This document shows positions 1 through 10,252 of a stretch of DNA of 64,000 nt, one piece after another. Within the stretch, counting starts at the first letter, position 1. Every line of letters starts with the position of its first letter. Under the pieces are notes generated by a model. That model was not told where the DNA came from, searched no databases, and was given only the letters and a program-made list of their open reading frames with translations. Source of the stretch: Macrostomum hystrix. Its lineage: Eukaryota; Animalia; Platyhelminthes. The stretch covers positions 20,088,001 through 20,152,000 of the forward strand of contig CATNEN010000001.1 of the NCBI GenBank assembly GCA_950097015.1, in the 5' to 3' direction. A program made the position numbers and the translations under genes.

Positions 1-895
1 ATCACAGATCTACGGACACTAAAATCTAGATCACAGATCTACAGACACTAAAATCTAGATCACAGATCTACAGACACTAAAATCTAGATCATAGATCTAC
101 CGACACTAAAGTCTAGATCATAGATCTACCGACACTAAAATATAGATCATAGATCTACCGACACTAATATGTAGATCATAGATCTACCGACACTAAAATC
201 TAGATCATAGATCTACAGACACTAAAGTCTAGATCATAGATCTACCGACACTAAAATCTAGATCATAGATCTACCGACACTAAAATATAGATCATAGATC
301 TACCGACACTAAAATCTAGATCACAGATCTACAGACACTAAAGTCTAGATCATAGATCTACAGTCACTAAAATCTAGATCATAGATCTATAGTCACTAAA
401 ATCTAGATCACAGATCTACAGACACTAAAGTCTAGATCATAGATCTACAGTCACTAAAATCTAGATCATAGATCTACAGTCACTAAAATCTAGATCACAG
501 ATCTACAGACACTAAAATCTAGATCACAGATCTACAGACACTAAAGTCTAGATTATAGATCTACAGTCACTAAAATCTAGATCACAGATCTACAGACACT
601 AAAGTCTAGATCATAGATATACAGTCACTAAAATCTAGATCATAGATCTACAGTCCCTAAAATCTAGATCATAGATCTATAGTCACTAAAATCTAGATCA
701 TAGATCTACAGTCACTAAAATCTAGATCATAGATCTATAGTCACTAAAATCTAGATCACAGATCTACAGACACTAAAGTCTAGATCATAGATCTACAGTC
801 ACTAAAATCTAGATCATAGATCTACAGTCACTAAAATCTAGATCACAGATCTACAGACACTAAAATCTAGATCATATAAGATCCTCAGACACTAA
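1..895. repeat. Intronic minisatellite, 29-bp unit (aaatctagatcayagatctacagacacta)
   Basis: Direct tandem copies starting immediately after the 5' splice site at 903. Confidence 0.95.
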
Positions 896-903
896 AGTCT
901 CAC

Positions 904-3900
904 CGGATAAGCGGCATGTTGCTGAGGGTGGTAGTAGCCAGTCTGGTAGGGAGCGGGCTGGTGGTGCTGCGGAAGGTAGGCAGCGGATATTGGGCCGGAC
1001 ATGACTGGCATGGCTGTTGACCGCATTCTTCGCTCCTCCTTTCGCTGCTTGGCCCTCTCGGAGACCGGCTTGGCTAGGGTGACGCTGAGTGGGCCGCTCT
1101 TGCCAACACTGGTGCCGTTCAGCTTCTCCATGGCTCTGAGAGCGTCTTCGCGCTCTTCGAAGTGCACAAAGCCGTAGTCTTTCACCTTCTTGACGCGCTC
1201 CAGTGGGCCGTAGGCGGAGAACACCTGACAGTGATTATTAATTTGATAACCTGATTAAAAGGGCATTCTGGATTTCTATATAGATTTGGGGATTCTTATC
1301 CACACAGTGGCAGAGCTTCTGTTTATAGATTTGGGGATTCTTATCCACAGTGGCAGAGCTTCTATTATATTTATAGATTTGCGGAATCTTATCTTCACAG
1401 TGGCAGAGTTTCTATTTATAGATTTGGGGATTCTTATTCTCACAGTGGCAGAGCTTCTATTTATAGATTTGGGGATTCTTATCCACACAGTGGCAGAGCT
1501 TCTGTTTATAGATTTGGGGATTCTTATCCACAGTGGCAGAGCTTCTATTATATTTATAGATTTGCGGAATCTTATCTTCACAGTGGCAGAGTTTCTATTT
1601 ATAGATTTGGGGATTCTTATTCTCACAGTGGCAGAGCTTCTATTTATAGATTTGGGGATTCTTATCCACACAGTGGCAGAGCTTCTGTTTATAGATTTGG
1701 GGATTCTTATCCACACAGTGGCAGAGCTTCTATTTATAGATTTGGGGATTCTTATCCACACAGTGGCAGAGCTTCTGTTTATAGATTTGGGGATTCTTAT
1801 CCACAGTGGCAGAGCTTCTATTATATTTATAGATTTGCGGAATCTTATCTTCACAGTGGCAGAGTTTCTATTTATAGATTTGGGGATTCTTATTCTCACA
1901 GTGGCAGAGCTTCTATTTATAGATTTGGGGATTCTTATCCACACAGTGGCAGAGCTTCTGTTTATAGATTTGGGGATTCTTATCCACAGTGGCAGAGCTT
2001 CTATTATATTTATAGATTTGCGGAATCTTATCTTCACAGTGGCAGAGTTTCTATTTATAGATTTGGGGATTCTTATTCTCACAGTGGCAGAGCTTCTATC
2101 TATAGATTTGGGGATTCTTATTCTCACAGTGGCAGAGCTTCTATTTATAGATTTGGGGATTCTTATTCTCACAGTGGCAGAGCTTCTATTTATAGATTTG
2201 GGGATTCTAATCATTGATAGCTAAGCTCTAGTTTCAAGAATTCGATGATATTCAGAGGGAACTAAAGTTAACTCACCTCCTGCAGTTTATCCTCGTTCAC
2301 ATCCATAGTGAGGCTCTTCACGTACAGCACCCTGACCTTGGACATGATGTCAGGGTCTGGCTCGTCCAGGGGATCGGCCCAGTCGACCCACACGTCAGAC
2401 GACCAGACTCTGGGATATTTCATGAGCTTCCGTCGGGCAGCGCTGGCCGAGCTGTGCTTGTCGAATTCTAGGAAACAGAAGCCACGATTTTTCTTCCTGG
2501 GATCGTCGGCCGAGCCGTAGACGATGACATCGACAACGCCGTCGAGGATACGAGAAAAATCGTCTTGCAGTTTAGTCCGATCCAGGGTCTTCGGTATGTT
2601 GCCAACGAATAGGCGCAGATTTGGCGTGGCAAGGTTTACCTGGGAAGGATGGGCGGCATTGTCTTACAAATACGGCTGATTTGGGAGGGATTAACAGGGA
2701 GATTTTGGAGAGATTAACAGGCTGATTGGGAGAGATTAACTGGCTGATTGGGAGAGATTAAAAGGCTGATTTGGGTGAGATTAACTGGCTGATTGGGAGA
2801 GATTAACAGGCTGATTTGGGAGAGATTAACAGGCTGATTGGGAGAGATTAACGGGCTGATTTGGGGAGGATTAAGAGGTTGATTTGGGGAAGATTGACAG
2901 GCTGATTTGGGAGAGATGAACTGGCTGATTGGGAGCGATTAACAGGCTGATTTGGGAGAGATTAACTGGCTGATTGGGAGAGATTAACAGGCTGATTGGG
3001 AGAGATTAACGGGCTGATTTGGGGAGGATTAAGAGGTTGATTTGGGGAAGATTGACAGGCTGATTTGGGAGAGATGAACTGGCTGATTAGGAGAGATTAA
3101 CAGGCTGATTTGGGAGAGATTAACTGGCTGATTTGGGAGAGATTAACTGGCTGATTTGGCAGAGATTAACAGGCTGATTGGGAGAGATTAACAGGCTGAT
3201 TTGGGAGAGATTAACAGGCTGATTGGGAGAGATTAACAGGCTGATTTGGGAGAGATTAACAGGCTGGTTGGGAGAGATTAACGGGCCGATTTGGGGAAGA
3301 TATACTGGGACACTTTGGGGGGGAATAAAGATGAGCCTATGGATCGATATATAAACCAGGTGACTGCAGAGGGACAAATAGGGGGATTTTTTAAGACAGG
3401 CAGAGTAGAATCAGTGATTAAACATACAGATACGAGCAATGAAACACGGGTGCCTACCTGCAACCTCCTCTGTGGTTTGATCTCGTACTCGTGAAATCTG
3501 TTAACAGCCTCGGCGGCATCCTGCCTGTTAGTGTAGCAGACAAAGCAGAAGCCGCGGCCCATGCCAGTGGGCGGGTCCACCATGACCCGGACATCGTGAA
3601 TTGGTCCAACCGGCCTGAACATCTGGTAGATCTGATCCTCGTACATATCCTTTGGCAGTTTGCCGACAAAAATCTCGCACTGGGAGGCGTCTTTCAGCTC
3701 GTCGGCATCGAGGGGTGGACCAAGGCGGCGTTGACCCACGGTTACCTGGGAGAATAAGAGGAAATGATTGAGGATTTGTCCGACTTATATGTGTGCGTGG
3801 GTGGATTGACAACATATTAAAAATGTGCGTGGGAGGATTGATATCCCATTTTCTGTGAGTGCGTGGGAGGATTGATATCTCATTTTCTGTGAGTGCGTGG

Positions 3901-5024
3901 GAGGATTGATATCCTATTTTCTGTGAGTGCGTGGGAGGATTGATATCCTATTTTCTGTGAGTACGTGGGAGGATTGATATCCCATTCGCTGCGAGTGCGT
4001 GGGAGGATTGATATCCCATTTTGTGTGAGTGCGTGGGAGGATTGATATCCCATTTTCTGTGAGTGCGTGGGAGGATTGATATCCCATTTTCTGTGAGTGC
4101 GTGGGAGGATTGATATCCCATTTTCTGTGAGTGCGTGGGAGGATTGATATCTCATTTTCTGTGAGTGCGTGGGAGGATTGATATCCCATTTTCTGAGTAC
4201 GTGGGAGGATTGATATCCCATTTTCTGTGAGTACGTGGGAGGATTGATATCCCATTTTGTGGGTGGTTGTGCGAGGCTTAGGGATTTGGAAGAATCCATC
4301 TTTTTGAGGACTTGATTGGCGTTACCATTCGGAAAGCCAGTGAGTTTGGGAATCAAGCAGACTAACAAAACTTTTGGGAACAAACCTCATGCGCAAATTT
4401 GATCTCAGCTAGCAGCTCCTTGAGGCTGGCCTCATCCGGTCCCGGCTTTGGCGTCACAGGCGGCACAGGTGCCAGACCTGGTCCTCCTCCAGAGGCAGCG
4501 GCGCCAGCAAAATTGCTGGAAGTCGCAGGGCCGACAGAAGCATTGCTGGAAGCTACAGAATAGTTTGAAGAGCCTCGCCGACCATCCGTGGCTCCGCCGT
4601 CTCCCTGCTGCTGTTGCTTTTTAATCTTGTGCTGCTTGACAAGGCCACACAGACAGGCCGATTTATTGCTTATATTAGCGTAGTCCTTGCCCAGCAGTTC
4701 GTCAACAACGCCTCGAAGAAATCCGGCTTCAAGATCCTTCACGGCTGCTACGGCCCTGTGGTCGAAGTCGTCCATGCTAAACGAAGCCGTCGGCGATATC
4801 ACCAGCTCGGCCAGCAGATTGGCCAGTTCAATCGCGATGTCGTGATTCTCTGTCAGTTGGCTGACAACAGACTCCTTCGTCTGATTGGCTGACTCAGCAG
4901 GTGCGGCATCATTGTCAAAGTTATTGTTTGGGTGAGCAGCAGTAGCCGGCTGTACCTCAGTATCGCTACTAGTCGGCCTGGCCGAATTGTTCTCGTCTGG
5001 CTCGCAGTTGCCTCCGCTAGACAT
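904..5024 (-). CDS. SYNCRIP: hnRNP R/Q (SYNCRIP)-like RNA-binding protein, 3' partial; exons 4386-5024, 3458-3745, 2277-2639, 904-1224, continuing off the left edge
   Basis: N-terminal NURR-like helices ([13 protein letters not shown]...[10 protein letters not shown]), [14 protein letters not shown]1 [21 protein letters not shown]2 [20 protein letters not shown]3 [11 protein letters not shown]. All four exons have GT-AG boundaries in phase 0. Confidence 0.92.
1276..2215. repeat. Intronic minisatellite, 45-bp unit with a ~183-bp higher-order pattern
   Basis: Unit atagatttggggattcttatccacacagtggcagagcttctgttt; source of ORFs 1276..2214 and 1286..2224. Confidence 0.95.
2675..3300. repeat. Intronic minisatellite, 22-23-bp unit (gggagagattaacaggctgatt(t))
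   Basis: Tandem copies in hnRNP intron 2. Confidence 0.92.
3824..4260. repeat. Intronic minisatellite, 34-bp unit (cattttctgtgagtgcgtgggaggattgatatcc)
   Basis: Tandem copies in hnRNP intron 1. Confidence 0.93.
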
Positions 5025-5152
5025 ACTTCGCTCTGACTGCTTCTGCTGCTTAGCACTGGCTGCTTCTGCTGGGATTAGAGCAGCGCTTTAACTGCAATGC
5101 GATTTGGCGTTTGGAAATCCAATTCAACAGCTTGACCTGATTCTGCGAAAAA

Positions 5153-5350
5153 GACCAGCTTAATTATGGTCATACACAAGTTATGACCAGCTTAATTATG
5201 GTCATACACAAGTTATGACCAGCTTAATTATGGTCATACACAAGTTATGACCAGCTTAATTATGGTCATACACAAGTTATGACCAGATTTATTATGGTCA
5301 TTCAGTAATGACTAGCTTGATGATGGTCATACATCAGTTATAACCTACAT
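5153..5350. repeat. 32-bp tandem repeat with internal inverted repeat (atgacca...tggtcat)
   Basis: About four perfect copies plus decayed ones, directly upstream of the 5'-UTR acceptor region (~5137-5145) of the hnRNP gene. Confidence 0.88.
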
Positions 5351-5658
5351 CATGATGGTCCCATGTAGTTTATTAACAATTTGGTCATCATAATAATGAT
5401 CAGGATAACTAACTAAATAGCAATTTGGTTAAGTAAATGACAAGCTGGTTTTCTAGCAGTAAATTGACCAGCTAGATCAACTAGATGAGGACACTGTATA
5501 AAGCAGTTTATGCACAGCAGCTCTGCTTAACGCACGATAAAAAATGTGAATCTTACAAGCGAAGCTTCCGACTGATCAGATCTTTATCTGCCAAAAATTG
5601 AAACAACGATTGAGAGCGAAAGCAGACTTTTATTATCCCAATGCAGACACTTCCAGAA

Positions 5659-6010
5659 GGGGGGTCGGTGGCAGAGCAGTTAACGCGTTTGCCTCTCGCA
5701 CCACGGTCCTTAAGTTCGATTCCAAGGCAAGGCCACATTTATTTGGGGCGCAGCCGCGGAGAGAAGGCTTGGGGGCTTGGCGTGCAATTTACGCCCTTGA
5801 GGGCCAACCTCCAAGGCACAGTAAGGTGTACACTGCCTGGCGATGAGAAAGTCAGGGCAGATGTACACACCTGTGTGAGCGTGTGCCTGCGTACAGTATC
5901 GTATGGTGTGTGCTCAGGACTCAGCGAAATAGGCCGAATTGCCTTCTCGCTGGCTGCGGTGCGGGTCGACTGTCACCAAATGATGTGCCATTGCCCGCAG
6001 CCCTCCTGCA

Positions 6011-6043
<33 letters not shown>
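5659..6043 (+). mobile_element. Full-length tRNA-derived SINE (family A)
   Basis: Pol III A box (tggcagagcagttaa), B box (gttcgattcc), 3' stem-loop, (ATT)n tail, and a perfect 14-bp TSD agacacttccagaa at 5645-5658 and 6044-6057. Other copies lie elsewhere in the window. Confidence 0.9.
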
Positions 6044-7719
6044 AGACACTTCCAGAACTTTCATTTGAACCCTTTACCAAATAACCGCAAAGTAAATTTT
6101 CGCTATAATTGGTTGCCTGTAGGCGGTAATTAAATCCATCTATTCAGAGCGAGTGTGTGAGCAGCTGTGGTTGCAGCAAAAAAATAAGAAGCAATCACCA
6201 TGAACTCATCCCACCTCCCACAATAGTACTTGTAATTTAATGATGATTTCTCTGGTCTAAACAAGAGGATTCGCTTATTAGGATTACCATATTAAGAAAT
6301 TAAGAAAATGGTCCATTTGCGTCTGTTTAAGAACACACAGATGTACAGATAGTTATGAAATAGTTAATAACACAACAAAAATGCACATTTGAACTATAAC
6401 GGTTAAAAATATTTTTTATGCAAGTATATAACTTTAATGGCTTTATTTCATTTCCAAAAGGCTCATTCACACTACAATCAAATGACTATTATTTGGTGTA
6501 CATTTGTCTACTGTTTATATCAATGGTCATAAAAATGTATGATCTAGTTTTTTACTTTGTTTAATTATAGAAAATTAAAATAACTTTGAAGATAAATTAT
6601 ATTAAGTTTTTTAATTTTTAAATATAATTTATTAAAATTTCTAGCTATTTATAAAAATAGGGCAGTATAATTTGACCTGAACTATAACAATTTCAGCTAA
6701 TTAAAAACTTAGGTAGGAGCTAGAAAGTATAATATTTTTATTAAGGAGAAAGATACAAAGAATAGTATTGCATGGTCAATGCTGGATTGCATTAAAATAA
6801 GGGATCTTTGTTTTCATGCTCTTGTCTAATTGAGTATCATGGGTCTAGTTTAGCTATATCTTATTAAGGCATGTTTGCAGGCTTTTGTTTTTTTGAAACT
6901 TATTCTGATAAGGCTTGACTAGGGGAGTTATAGGCTTATAGCTTCGCTTAGTAATTAGCTTTAGGCTAGGGGCCTACATTTATATGTAAGAAGGGCTTGT
7001 GTTTGTAACAAGGGCTTATCCAAGGGGACGGAGGATATGTCCCCATTGGAATTTGTCAATTTTTTCCTTAAAATTTCTTTTGAGTAAATGAACTATGGCA
7101 TCAAAGTCAGGGTGTTTAACCCCCTGAAACAAAATCTTGGTTATGCACCTGGTTTGAAGTACATACATGTGCAACACCCGGCCGACCCGGCCGAACCAGC
7201 CGGGTGAAACGAGGGCCAAGCAAGGTAAGTCGCAAAAACCAATCGACCAAGTGCAAAAAATCAGAGGGGGGACCAAGGGACAAAAAAGGAAGGCGTGAAG
7301 AAAAGGAAAGATGGGAGAGAAAAAGAGAGCAAATGAGAGCAAACTAAGTTGTAAATAGAGCAACAACTAAGTCGCATGGCCGGCTAAGATTTGGGAGGTT
7401 GCGCATGTATGTTTGAAGTACATAACTTTAATTTAGTTATGGACAATAGTAAGCTTGCTTTCAAGCCAAGTGACCTAGTGGCAGCCCATAGTTCAGATCA
7501 TGGCATTCTGTACACCAAACTAAAATATCCCATTTTTGTATACCAAGAACTACTCCTTGCATGCCAACTCCAAAAATTTCACTTCTAAGGTGTATACCAA
7601 TACACAAATTTTAAATTAAAAAAAGAAATAGAAAGAAGCCAATTAAAGAGCAAAAAATATATTGATTTCAATCCAGTCCAGTCAGAAAAGGGAGAGAGAG
7701 ACACAAATACGAGTAGAAT

Positions 7720-8195
7720 GCAAGGCACACTAAAACACTGAGCTGGCGGCACGCACCTCCCATGGCAAATTGAGTATTAAGGGATGGCTTCTGCATTTTG
7801 ATGTACATAGCCTCTAAAATGCTTAGTTTGAAATCATTTTGTAGGTATCGATCAATTTAAACCTTTCAGAGGGCTCCCTATTGCAGCAGCTGTTACACAT
7901 GAGAAGATACTCGTGAATAGCAGAGTTTTTCATCCAATGCTCCCTCACTCTTGTGTACAGGAGGGGTTTAGTTTTTCCTATGTAGGAAATGCTCTAATCC
8001 TCAGAGCAATGAAATTTATACACAATACCTGTTGCGAGAGGACGAGGGGCATGAGATTTCAGTCTGCTGACAAACCTAGAAATTTTATCAGTGCGGAACA
8101 CAACATTCAGCTAAAGGTGAAAGTTTCTACAAAACAGTTTCTCAATTTTGTTTTAAAACTCAATAGAGCAAAGGCTAAAAATGGTAAAATTATCT
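7720..8195 (-). pseudogene. Decayed Penelope-like retroelement fragment (GIY-YIG endonuclease, 3' end)
   Basis: Manual minus-strand translation: GIVYKFHCSED*SISYIGKTKPLLYTRVREHW..SAIHEYL..C, then a frameshift, then LSILEAMYIKMQKPSLNTQ. This is the typical PLE GIY-YIG motif, with a stop and a frameshift. Confidence 0.8.
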
Positions 8196-8284
8196 GACCA
8201 GACCAGATTGAAATGCTCATTCAGAATTGTACAGTTTTATTCATCTAAATATATTTGGCTGCGTGTGACTCTCTACTAGTTGTT

Positions 8285-8328
8285 AAAGCCCTGAAGATGA
8301 CCTGTTAGGTTGAAATGCATATAATAAA
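8285..8328 (+). ncRNA. Degenerate minimal hammerhead-ribozyme-like motif in a putative inverted pLTR of the Penelope-like element
   Basis: CTGAAGA-T-gacc-tgtta-ggtt-GAAA with palindromic ATGCAT as helix III, followed by AATAAA. Helix I no longer pairs. Confidence 0.45.
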
Positions 8329-8578
8329 GTTACATAAACGCCATTTAGAGATCGATTCTAATTTGGATTTTTGTTACATTTTTTTGCTAACACCCTTCCC
8401 AAATAACATTGATACCTATACATGTCTATATATGTAAATCAATACCAAATCATATTCATACAGATATCCATATATATCCAAATGCTCGTACCTAAACTTA
8501 TACCTATGCTATAGACCTATTCCTAAGCAATTTGTTCAAATTTGAAAATAAAAAACTCATTACAACAAAGCAAATATA

Positions 8579-10252
8579 CCTTTTCCACTCCAAGTCTGTC
8601 ACAAGTAACTTCAAATCTGCCATAGATAGCAGAAAGGCATACATTCAGCTCGCAAGCCGAGCGCCAACTTAAGAGTCTATGGTTAAAGCTCAGATCAATT
8701 CTGTCAAAAGTAACTTCAAATCTGTCCACTGAACAGATAGGGAGTTGGAATCAAAGCAGTAAAGACTAGAAAACTTCTTTATAGACAGACCCAGATTTTA
8801 ACAGTGAAACTTATTTGTCTATGGCAATCTTACATATAAATTCTGTCACAAGTAAGTTCAAATCTGTCAGAGATATATATGTTGACAGCAACGCGAGTTC
8901 ACAACCATTTTTTCTTTCCTTACCCACCATGCCCTATGCAAGAATATGCTTAATAGACAGGCAGCGCCTGGTTAACAGCTACAACACTGGACGGGACTGG
9001 AGGAGACTGGCCATTGACCTCGAAATCAAAAGGACCACTGCAAACTTGATCCTAAAGCGCTATCTAGAGGAAAACCGGACAGAATACAGAGCAAGAGGAG
9101 GGGCTAGACACGTGAAAGTAAGTGAACAGATGCTTCAAGCACTTCACCGGTATGTTGCTGAGAAGCCGACCATCACATTGAGTGAAATGCGAGAAAGGCT
9201 GACTGTTGAATTTCCCGACGCACCCGCTGTTTCTACTCAATGCCTGAGCAAGAAGCTAGACGGTACTCTGATAACCTTAAAGGACGTCAGGCATGTGCAC
9301 GCGGGCTGGAATGCGCCAGGCACCAAGGATGCGCGAGCGATGTACATGCAATGGATGATGAATGAGGGTCATCTTCAAGAGCATCTGATATACGTCGATG
9401 AATGTGGCTTTAACTTGTGGACTTCGCGGTCTAAAGGCTGGTCAGCTGCTGGCGATCGTGCTGTGCGAATCACCGATGGTCAGCGCGGTCCCAATGTCAC
9501 CGTCGTTCTCGCAGTGAGTCCGCAGCTTGGGTTGGTTCACTATGCATGCCACGTTGGTGGCTTCACAGAAGAACGCTTCACTGCATTCTGCTCGGAGGTG
9601 TCTGTACTTGTTGACGCACCATTCGTGATGGTGGCGGACAATGCGAGAGCCCACACCAACGTACCTCCGATGCAAAGGGAAGACCAAACCATACGTTTTC
9701 TACCCGTGTATTCTCTGTTTCTCAATGCGACTGAGATGGCCATCTCAGCACTGAAGGCCGCAGTAAAGAGACGACTGACAGAACCGGCAGTGGTTAGAGA
9801 GCTGGGTGATCGCGCCGCCGCAGCGCAGGCTGCGATGAAATTGCACAACTGGCGACTGAGGATTCTGATTCGCGAATTGCATGTCAGCATGCCTCATCTG
9901 ACACATGACCACTGCCTACGATGGCACCTGCACACATTGAGTTACGGACAGGCCTGCTTGGATCGTCGCGATATTTTTGTTTGAAATATCTATGCAACTG
10001 ATTGACTGAATAGCAGACATGTTAGCATAGTGAATTACAGAATTTGTTGCTTTAATTTGAGAGCACTGTTCAAAATAAACCTTTGTTTCGTTATCTGTTC
10101 AGTGGACAGATTTGAAGTTACTTTTGACAGAATTGATCTGAGCTTTAACCATAGACTCTTAAGTTGGCGCTCGACTTGCGAGCTGAATGTATGCCTTTCT
10201 GCTATCTACGGCAGATTTGAAGTTACTTGTGACAGACTTGGAGTGGAAAAGG
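8579..10252 (+). mobile_element. IS630-Tc1-mariner superfamily DNA transposon with ~161-bp TIRs
   Basis: TIRs at 8579-8739 and 10092-10252 (2 mismatches seen), TA on both flanks, internal direct repeats ctgtcamaagtaacttcaaatctg, single transposase ORF inside. Confidence 0.93.
8929..9984 (+). CDS. DDE transposase (IS630/Tc1-like), 351 aa, DD31E spacing
   Basis: First ATG at 8929 (accATG); HTH region and RGGAR linker; YVDECGF; VADNARAH; FLPVYSLFLNATE. No stops or frameshifts. Confidence 0.9.
   Translation: MPYARICLIDRQRLVNSYNTGRDWRRLAIDLEIKRTTANLILKRYLEENRTEYRARGGARHVKVSEQMLQALHRYVAEKPTITLSEMRERLTVEFPDAPAVSTQCLSKKLDGTLITLKDVRHVHAGWNAPGTKDARAMYMQWMMNEGHLQEHLIYVDECGFNLWTSRSKGWSAAGDRAVRITDGQRGPNVTVVLAVSPQLGLVHYACHVGGFTEERFTAFCSEVSVLVDAPFVMVADNARAHTNVPPMQREDQTIRFLPVYSLFLNATEMAISALKAAVKRRLTEPAVVRELGDRAAAAQAAMKLHNWRLRILIRELHVSMPHLTHDHCLRWHLHTLSYGQACLDRRDIFV

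Noticed and set aside
1276-2224. 312-aa ORFs on both strands, and similar repetitive ORFs at 3880, 16328-17965, 23350, 25269-26748, 31711, 38086, 44326, 55499 and 58108
   Set aside because: Translations of intronic or intergenic minisatellites that happen to lack stops; the flanking exons splice across them in frame.
5659-5735. tRNA gene
   Set aside because: It has A/B boxes but no convincing acceptor stem or Pol III terminator; it is the head of a TSD-flanked SINE.
8815-8928. 389-aa transposase start given in the ORF track
   Set aside because: TTG start overlapping a subterminal repeat; a second ATG at 8821 also lies there, and the ATG at 8929 gives a typical ~350-aa transposase, so it is preferred.
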